Shown: in pieces, positions 1 to 5,777 of the stretch
How positions within the stretch are numbered: the first letter of the stretch is position 1
How the letters are laid out: every line of letters begins with the position of its first letter
Source of the DNA: a virus
Taxonomy: Duplodnaviria > Caudoviricetes
Length of the DNA: 24,417 nt
IMG/VR virus record: IMGVR_UViG_3300017909_004166
Span: 1-24,417 of that record
Direction: 5' to 3' (one strand)
The notes under the pieces: model-generated
Database searches by the model: none
What the model saw: the letters and a program-made list of their open reading frames with translations, nothing else
What the model was told of the DNA's origin: nothing
Translations under genes and position numbers: made by a program

Positions 1-1976
1 AAGTAGTTGCCGTTGGATATTCCCGCCGTGATGCCTTCAAGTTTGGTCTTGTCAGCGGAGGACATCGACCCTGCGGCGCTGGTGGTGGCCGCACTAATGC
101 CCACAGTCACGTCACCCGAAGCACCGCCACCTGTGATGGGTGCGCTGACGTTTACGGCTGTAATGTCGCCCTGAGGCGCGAGGTCAGCGATTGATTGGGC
201 AGTCACCGTCTTGAGGTTGTCAGAATCGTTCGTGTCTTGAACGAGGACTTTGTCGTCAGTGGCGACAGTCGCACTGGTGATGGTCGCACCACTCAGAGCC
301 GCCTTGACATTGGTCTCATCAGTCACGTCAGCGGATGCTTCGATGGCGTCGAGTTTCGTAGCCTGCGCCCCTGTCATCAAACCGGAGTTGCCGCCTGCTA
401 CAACTTCAGTCAGCGTAGCGTCGGTCCCAGTGCTGCTGGCAAGGACACGAGTGGAGGCAGTGTAGGTGAGGTTGGTCGCAGGAGCAGCAGCCGCAGCGCC
501 AGCAGCATCCACGAAGTTGCTGTCGTTGTTGAGTTCGCTGATGTCATCGCCTGCACGCATAACACCTGACGCTCCTTGCTTGAGACGATTGCTTGCACCG
601 CTGTCAAGCCACAGTGTGTTAGCGTCTACAACACCTGCGTCAGCAGCAGCCGGATTGCTGGCCTGAGGTGTGAGTTCAAGTCCAGTAGGGTCAATGAGCC
701 CCGTCACGGTCAACTTACCGTTGACAGTGAGTTCGTTGGCTGCTGTGTCGTATGAGAGCGTTGAGTCGCTGGTGAAGCCACCAGCACCGTCGGACAACTG
801 AACAAGGCCGCTGACACCGCTGGATGCGGGGCTAACGGTTCCACTCACCATGACCTTCTTCCAGTTGCTCCCGTCGTAGACGAACATCGATGCTTCTGTA
901 GCGACAACACCGGAGTTCAATCCAGTGCTATCGAATGTCACCGTGCTACCACTCGGCACTGAGACGAACACAGCGTGACCGGGTGGGAAAGTGCCGCTCG
1001 GGTTGAGATTGATTGTCGTGCTCGGCGTCAGAACGAATATCTGGTCGCTGTCGAACGTGAACGTTTGATTGGTGCTGGGACTGGACACAAGCACATTGGT
1101 TGGACCCAGAAGGTGCGTGTGTCGATTGCTGGCATCTTTACGGCTATAGTACAACATCGCCTCATTGTTGGCGTTGTATGATTGCCAAATAGCACCAAGA
1201 CGCGAGGCAGCAAAGTCACCGTCTTCACTACCGCCGCCACGGATGGCATCGAGGTCAGTGTGACTGTTGACGCTGTCTGTAGCCCCAACAGCCCCGTCAA
1301 CAACAGGGGTCAGATACAGAGGAGTAGGGCGAACGAAGACTCGCTTGTCGTTGGATTCCTCAACTTCGATGTTCAGGTCGTTCGTTGCTCCTCCTGCAGT
1401 CGTGTGTACGACGCGCAAGACTGCAAGCACAACGCTCTGCTTGACATTGAGTGAGGAATTTGGCTGGTTGAGGAAACTTGTGGGAGATGATGGATAAGCA
1501 TTCGCCGCAGTCGTAATGGCTGTACCCATCTCAAAGTAGATGTTGTGAACACCAGCACTTCCGTCACTGGTAACGTACACAACGATGAGTGCTTCTTGCC
1601 CTGAGGTGAGAGCAGTCCCCGCACGGTAAGACGCTGACGATGTGTTCAGAGTGATGTCTTGAGAAGAACCGGGACCGCCAGCGAAAGCATAGCAAACGCC
1701 ATCAATAATCGCATGACCACCTGTGATGCGAATCGTGAAATCATTCGTAACCTGCTCACAAACACCGGGTAAGTCTTCAGGTACGTTTCGATTGGTCGCT
1801 CCTCCAGCCGTATCTTCCTCCAAGATAATTCCGTTTCCATGGATTCCTTCCAAGAAGTTGGTGAGCGAGGCGCTGACGATGTGGTCCCCATCTGCTAAAC
1901 CGTCCACCGCTGTAGCGTCACCCGACAATGCGGGCATATTGTGATTGGTGTGTCCAGAAAGTGGATTGCCCGTCAT
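1..1976 (-). CDS. Tail fibre / receptor-binding protein, 3'-truncated by window edge (at least 658 aa; absent from the ORF track)
   Basis: Manual translation from ATG at 1976 (1 nt after the TGA of the upstream gene, preceded by GAGGTTGAG) is open to base 1: MTGNPLSGHTNHNMPALSGDATAVDGLADGDHIVSASLTNFLEGIHGNGII... It has an N-terminal TIRITGGHAIIDGVCYAF fibre-attachment-like motif, a Gly/Ser/Thr/Ala-rich body, and two copies of a fibre-shaft motif (GLMTGAQATKLDAI, GSMSSADKTKLEGI). Confidence 0.85.
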   Translation of the reverse strand, partial: MTGNPLSGHTNHNMPALSGDATAVDGLADGDHIVSASLTNFLEGIHGNGIILEEDTAGGATNRNVPEDLPGVCEQVTNDFTIRITGGHAIIDGVCYAFAGGPGSSQDITLNTSSASYRAGTALTSGQEALIVVYVTSDGSAGVHNIYFEMGTAITTAANAYPSSPTSFLNQPNSSLNVKQSVVLAVLRVVHTTAGGATNDLNIEVEESNDKRVFVRPTPLYLTPVVDGAVGATDSVNSHTDLDAIRGGGSEDGDFAASRLGAIWQSYNANNEAMLYYSRKDASNRHTHLLGPTNVLVSSPSTNQTFTFDSDQIFVLTPSTTINLNPSGTFPPGHAVFVSVPSGSTVTFDSTGLNSGVVATEASMFVYDGSNWKKVMVSGTVSPASSGVSGLVQLSDGAGGFTSDSTLSYDTAANELTVNGKLTVTGLIDPTGLELTPQASNPAAADAGVVDANTLWLDSGASNRLKQGASGVMRAGDDISELNNDSNFVDAAGAAAAAPATNLTYTASTRVLASSTGTDATLTEVVAGGNSGLMTGAQATKLDAIEASADVTDETNVKAALSGATITSATVATDDKVLVQDTNDSDNLKTVTAQSIADLAPQGDITAVNVSAPITGGGASGDVTVGISAATTSAAGSMSSADKTKLEGITAGISNGNY
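30..383 (-). repeat. Two degenerate protein-level tail-fibre shaft repeats, G-x-M-[ST]-x-A-x-x-T-K-L-[DE]-x-I (342-383 and 30-71)
   Basis: Direct translation gives GLMTGAQATKLDAI and GSMSSADKTKLEGI, which resemble the 'GLMSAADKTKLDGI' motif widespread in phage fibres. Confidence 0.7.
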
Positions 1977-1977
1977 T

Positions 1978-2322
1978 TCACTCAACCTCAATGATGATGG
2001 AGATGTTCAATTCCATGTCGCCGCCTTTCGTCAATGGACGGATAGTATAGCGGCTGACAGGAGTGAACGACGACGTGCCCCTGAACTGAACGTAGACCTC
2101 CTTCAGAGTGTCGGTGAACGTCTCATCGTATGGCAATTTCGCCTCAACAAGTAGTGAACCATCGTCAATCACAGTTACAGTAGGAATCAACGTGATGGCA
2201 GGTCGACCAGCACTACCATCGTCTGCTGTCGCAGGTGTCCCATCGAAGCCAAGGATGACCTCGTTGATGTTCGCAGCAATCTGGTCAAGCAACAAGCGAC
2301 GCATGTGATTTGATACTGGCAT
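1978..2322 (-). CDS. Small tail protein, tail-collar/fibre-attachment-like (114 aa)
   Basis: TGATG overlap with the upstream gene, GGAGG upstream. The pattern 'VILGFDGTPAT...LLVEAKLP...TLKEVYV...PLTK...LNISIIIEV' resembles phage tail-collar fibre N-terminal domains, and the gene lies directly before the fibre gene. Confidence 0.6.
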   Translation of the reverse strand: MPVSNHMRRLLLDQIAANINEVILGFDGTPATADDGSAGRPAITLIPTVTVIDDGSLLVEAKLPYDETFTDTLKEVYVQFRGTSSFTPVSRYTIRPLTKGGDMELNISIIIEVE

Positions 2323-3725
2323 CAGATGTCCTCCGGCTCAGATTTGCCCACTCCAATGGCTTTCCCCGCTTTACCAATCAGACCTCGATTCCTATTGCCT
2401 TTGTTCCCGCCAACCAAGAATGCGTCTGTACCAACAATGCGCACTGTAGCCTCAGACCTAAGTCTCAATTGAACCTTGCCGAAGAATGAGAAGTTCTCAG
2501 TGACTTCTTGCGAGAATACGTCAGGACTCACTGCATCAGCGGCTACAGTCGAGCCCTCACTGATTCCCTGCAATACACCCTCGATACCTGTCTCAACACT
2601 GAGCAAGGAGAGGTCAGTCATGTCCAACAGGGGCATGTGTCGAGTTTCTGTGACGAAGAATGGCTCGTCGTCGATAGTGACAACCATGCCCGGTCGAAGG
2701 CCGAGAGCACCGAAGTGTCCCTTGCTTGAGATAGCACCCTTCTGCAGCGCCTGCCCCTTCAGTATTTTCAGGGCAACTCTTCGTGCGGCAAGACTGGTGC
2801 GTACTGTGTAGTCGGTGATGGTCGCAACATCTTGACGAATCTCTTCGACCTGCCCTTCTCCGTCGTGCACAGTGATGACAACCTCGTCGTTGAGGGCGAG
2901 GGGTAGACCTTGGATGGTGACGGCATTGACGGCATTATCGATACCAGAATCAACACTGGTGCCCATCTGGGTCTGACTATCCAACTCAATCGTCGACTCG
3001 CTGAATGAGATGGGCACGTAGAGAAGAGAGCCGAAGCGGTCGAGCATCACCATGCGATTGTCATGTCGTGACAGGAACCTGAGTGCTGTCATCAGGTTCG
3101 TATTGTGGAAATCATGCCCGATGAAGCGAGTGCTGTGTGCACGCCTTCCTGAGTTCGATACGTTGCGAGGGCGAGCGATGTTGACTGATGTGATGCCCGT
3201 TGCGACGCTTTCTGTGAGTTTGATTGCCAAGTCGCTGGTTCTGAACCCCACATCAACAGGTTGACCTACACGCACGTCGGTGCCGCTGAATCCGATATCC
3301 AGCAAGGTTCGACCCTTCATGTTGGTGAGATTGATGCCGACACCGTTGGTGGCTGTTGTCGTACTGTTTGGTAGCAACCGGGCATTCTTATTTTCACGGT
3401 CATAGAACAATGCCGGTAGGTTGGTTGAGGATATCTTGTTGTCACGATAGAATGGCAGTCCTGTGTAGTTGTGACCGGGTGTACGGGTATGGGTGAGTTG
3501 TAGACCACCCTCACCCTCAACGATGTGATAGGACCGCTCAGGCATCACGTGGAACGTACGAGCGTTGGAGTTCGTCACCGTCACCTTCGGTTTGTCCGTG
3601 GTTTGAATGCTCAGACGTCCGAAATGAACAGCGTTGTCTACGAAGACTGGCTTACGAACGTGGGTCATCACTTCACTCGCATCGGTACTGTACCGACCCG
3701 TTGTGGAGTTCTTGATGACAGTCAT
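2322..3725 (-). CDS. Baseplate hub / tail-tip protein (T4 gp27 / Mu gp44 / P2 gpD-like), 467 aa
   Basis: Start re-assigned to ATG 3725 (ATGA overlap with upstream stop, GAGGAG directly upstream). Motifs NLMTALRFLSRHDNRMVMLDRFGSLLYVP, NAVTIQG and ARRVALKIL...GLRPGMVVTIDDEPFFVTETRH match the hub/late-control-D pattern. Confidence 0.65.
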   Translation of the reverse strand: MTVIKNSTTGRYSTDASEVMTHVRKPVFVDNAVHFGRLSIQTTDKPKVTVTNSNARTFHVMPERSYHIVEGEGGLQLTHTRTPGHNYTGLPFYRDNKISSTNLPALFYDRENKNARLLPNSTTTATNGVGINLTNMKGRTLLDIGFSGTDVRVGQPVDVGFRTSDLAIKLTESVATGITSVNIARPRNVSNSGRRAHSTRFIGHDFHNTNLMTALRFLSRHDNRMVMLDRFGSLLYVPISFSESTIELDSQTQMGTSVDSGIDNAVNAVTIQGLPLALNDEVVITVHDGEGQVEEIRQDVATITDYTVRTSLAARRVALKILKGQALQKGAISSKGHFGALGLRPGMVVTIDDEPFFVTETRHMPLLDMTDLSLLSVETGIEGVLQGISEGSTVAADAVSPDVFSQEVTENFSFFGKVQLRLRSEATVRIVGTDAFLVGGNKGNRNRGLIGKAGKAIGVGKSEPEDI

Positions 3726-4303
3726 TCTCCTCGCTTCCCCCATGTGCTCGGCCCTTCAAGAGGATAATAGTCTCTGTAAGACGGAGGGTCGTAAGGTATC
3801 TGTACAAGCCTCTCAGCAGGTATGTGTTGCTGAATGTACGCTTCCGCTGGTTCACCAAGGTAGCCTCTATTTCTGAATAACCCCTTCAATTCATCAATGG
3901 GCATTCTCACTCCCACCAAGCCTCTACCATCCATATTACCGGCCACTATCCCACCCGCTGGAGAGAACCAATTACCCGGACCTGTATCAAAATCAAATGG
4001 CTTCGTTCTCTCATCCGGTTCAAAAGTACCTGATTCATCGATTTGATTGTCCATTTCCCACAAAAGACTGTTAAGGGATACTGGGATAGGTCTCAATCCT
4101 TCTCTTATCAAATCCTCATAAGGCTGAAAGTGTTCCTCCTCATAACCTTCAACCATGTCTTTGTACGGCCAATCTCTCTTTGGGTGGCCTCTGAACATCG
4201 TTACAGGGCCGTATGGGCTTGGCAAATCTTGATGAAATTCACCAAGCGTAGTTTGGCGTGAACTCTTGAGGAGAGCCCACGACGCTGCCATGGGCCCTTT
4301 CAT
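3722..4303 (-). CDS. Putative ADP-ribosyltransferase-fold protein with N-terminal leader and PIP-box-like motif (193 aa)
   Basis: Start re-assigned to ATG 4303 (GGTGA 8 nt upstream). Motifs VTMFRG (R38), LIREGLRP, GNWFS (S114), GLVGVR and EAYIQQHIPAERL (E154) occur in ART-fold order; QTTLGEF is at residues 17-23. The ORF is secure; the function is inferred. Confidence 0.55.
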   Translation of the reverse strand: MKGPMAASWALLKSSRQTTLGEFHQDLPSPYGPVTMFRGHPKRDWPYKDMVEGYEEEHFQPYEDLIREGLRPIPVSLNSLLWEMDNQIDESGTFEPDERTKPFDFDTGPGNWFSPAGGIVAGNMDGRGLVGVRMPIDELKGLFRNRGYLGEPAEAYIQQHIPAERLVQIPYDPPSYRDYYPLEGPSTWGKRGE

Positions 4304-4311
4304 AGCACATA

Positions 4312-4316
4312 TCACC
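4312..4316 (-). promoter_or_regulatory. Shine-Dalgarno site GGTGA for ATG 4303, containing the upstream TGA stop
   Basis: Minus strand reads GT GGTGA TATGTGCT ATG. Confidence 0.55.
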
Positions 4317-4968
4317 ACTTGCTACGGTTCGCCCAGTATGCCGCACTCATCTTGCCACGCTTGATGTTCTTAGCGTGACGAGCCTTGAACGATTCACGGC
4401 GCTTTCGATAGGACTTGGACTCACCTTTCTTCTTCGGTGAGCCAGACACTCCTTGCTGTCCGTACCGGATGACCTTCACCTTGTTGCCCTCCTTCGCAAC
4501 AACGACGTGGCTCTTGGTGGGGTGCTTTGGAGTGCGCTTGGGCTTGTTGTACCCGCTGACACCCACCCGCTTGAGGCGAGGGTCAGGCTTCTTGGCTTTC
4601 ACTACATCAAAAGAACGATTCATGCGTTCCTCCAGCAATCGTTCAGCGAAGTCGGTATCGGCTCCCATGTCAGAATCCTGCGTGAAGAAACCTGCTTGGT
4701 AAGGGTAGTAACCTACACCGCCGTCCCGGTCTCTCTGTTGGTGAACACCCCTTTCCTCCGCCGCAGCGGCAATCATGCGCATGAAGGCCGCTTTCTTCTC
4801 AGGAGACGTAAAATACTGCTGAAGTGGTTCCAACGGTTGACCTGACAAACTCGTAACAGACTTCTTCTTGGAATCAGGGTCAGCGGTTTTCATTGGTGAC
4901 TTTGGAGACTTCGTACCGACGGCGATGACGAGGACAACGCCTTTCTTCTGTTTCTTCTTATCCACCAT
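4312..4968 (-). CDS. Basic two-part protein (218 aa); the C-terminal ~100 aa is a conserved Lys/Arg-rich viral domain of unknown function
   Basis: Start re-assigned to ATG 4968 (GGTGA 4 nt upstream). The C-terminal GYNKPKRTPKHPTKSHVVVAKEGNKVKVIRYGQQG...RRESFKARH...KMSAAYWANRSKW is a motif I recognise from marine virus hypotheticals (DUF5754-like, unverified). Confidence 0.75.
   Translation of the reverse strand: MVDKKKQKKGVVLVIAVGTKSPKSPMKTADPDSKKKSVTSLSGQPLEPLQQYFTSPEKKAAFMRMIAAAAEERGVHQQRDRDGGVGYYPYQAGFFTQDSDMGADTDFAERLLEERMNRSFDVVKAKKPDPRLKRVGVSGYNKPKRTPKHPTKSHVVVAKEGNKVKVIRYGQQGVSGSPKKKGESKSYRKRRESFKARHAKNIKRGKMSAAYWANRSKW
4629..4633 (-). promoter_or_regulatory. Possible internal Shine-Dalgarno GGAGG before in-frame ATG 4623
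   Basis: Minus strand reads CT GGAGG AACGC ATG AAT CGT; the ATG begins the shared leader motif. Confidence 0.45.
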
Positions 4969-4972
4969 TACA

Positions 4973-4977
4973 TCACC
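4973..4977 (-). promoter_or_regulatory. Shine-Dalgarno site GGTGA for ATG 4968, containing the upstream TGA stop
   Basis: Minus strand reads AC GGTGA TGTA ATG. Confidence 0.65.
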
Positions 4978-5368
4978 GTACAAGTATCATCTTCTTCAAT
5001 TCCTTACTACGACAGTGCGCTTTGCAGGAAAATCCCTGAGGAGCATTGCAGTTGCAGTAGGACATGTCACGCTTAACGATGGTAGGCTTCCCACCAACGC
5101 CTTGCTTCTTGGCTCGCTTACGCTTGGTCGCCGCCCGCTTCTGACCGCTGGTCATTTCGCCGCTGGTCTTCGGGGTCTTACTGCTCACGCGAACAGAAGG
5201 TCTGCACTTCGGGTAGCCTTTGCTGCCCTTCTTGGCTTTGGCGCGACCACACGGAGGATGCTTCCCGGTCTTAGGGTCCTTACGACTGACGTCGACCCAT
5301 TTCTCCTTGAACCAGCGACGAAGGTCCTTGATGACCAGCGTATCGTGACAAGTGCAACGGTCCGTCAC
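4973..5368 (-). CDS. Basic Cys-containing viral protein of unknown function (131 aa)
   Basis: Start re-assigned to GTG 5368 (GTGA overlap with the upstream stop, GGTGAGG upstream). Core DLRRWFKEKWVDV...PCGR...GYPKCRP...QKRAATKRKR resembles marine virus hypotheticals (DUF5872-like, unverified). The tail is Cys-rich: YCNCNAPQGFSCKAHC. Confidence 0.75.
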   Translation of the reverse strand: MTDRCTCHDTLVIKDLRRWFKEKWVDVSRKDPKTGKHPPCGRAKAKKGSKGYPKCRPSVRVSSKTPKTSGEMTSGQKRAATKRKRAKKQGVGGKPTIVKRDMSYCNCNAPQGFSCKAHCRSKELKKMILVR

Positions 5369-5589
5369 TTCTTCCTCACCCACGCGTCACAAATGTGACT
5401 GGCTCGACATACGAAGTCATACCACTCACAATACCCAGTCTCAGGGTTATCAGTCTTGGAAGAGTCCCACGCTTTGCAGGTACCGCAGTTCTTGTTGACC
5501 TTCATTTCAGTAGCAGATGCGGGCCGATAGTTCGGTGCATCCTTCTTGGCCTTGATGACACTCCAAGCGATGTCGTGGGGTAGTCTCAT
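5365..5589 (-). CDS. Small HiPIP-like four-cysteine protein (74 aa)
   Basis: ATGA overlap with upstream stop, GGAGG upstream. The pattern Y...C-x2-C-x15-C-x12-C-x2-W (NYRP...NCGTCKAW...GYCEWYDFVCRASHICDAW) matches high-potential iron-sulfur protein Cys spacing, but the canonical GW before the last Cys is replaced by HI. Confidence 0.6.
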   Translation of the reverse strand: MRLPHDIAWSVIKAKKDAPNYRPASATEMKVNKNCGTCKAWDSSKTDNPETGYCEWYDFVCRASHICDAWVRKK

Positions 5590-5777
5590 TTCTTCTTCCC
5601 TCCCTTCTTCTTACGGAACTTCCCTTGGCAATACTGTGCAGCCCATCCATTGGCGTAGGCGGAGGGGTAGACCTTGAACTTCCGCTTGGCTGCGGCCTTA
5701 CCTTCCGGGCAGAGTTTCTTCTCCAAGAAGTCGAATGCGTTGTCCATACCACTGCAGTGTTGACAATCACAATTCAT
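5586..5777 (-). CDS. Small basic viral protein (63 aa)
   Basis: ATGA overlap with the stop of the giant ORF, GGTGA 6 nt upstream. It has an N-terminal CxCxxC, a core LCPEGKAAAKRKFKVYPSAYANGWAAQYC resembling a recurrent marine virus mini-domain, and a poly-Lys tail. Confidence 0.75.
   Translation of the reverse strand: MNCDCQHCSGMDNAFDFLEKKLCPEGKAAAKRKFKVYPSAYANGWAAQYCQGKFRKKKGGKKK

Noticed and set aside
481-508. GCA/GCC-rich run resembling a microsatellite
   Set aside because: It encodes the AAGAAAAAP linker of the tail fibre and is not a perfect repeat.
3726-5383. Track start sites at 3743, 4318, 4983 and 5383
   Set aside because: Downstream starts at 3725, 4303, 4968 and 5368 have better SD spacing and stop/start coupling.
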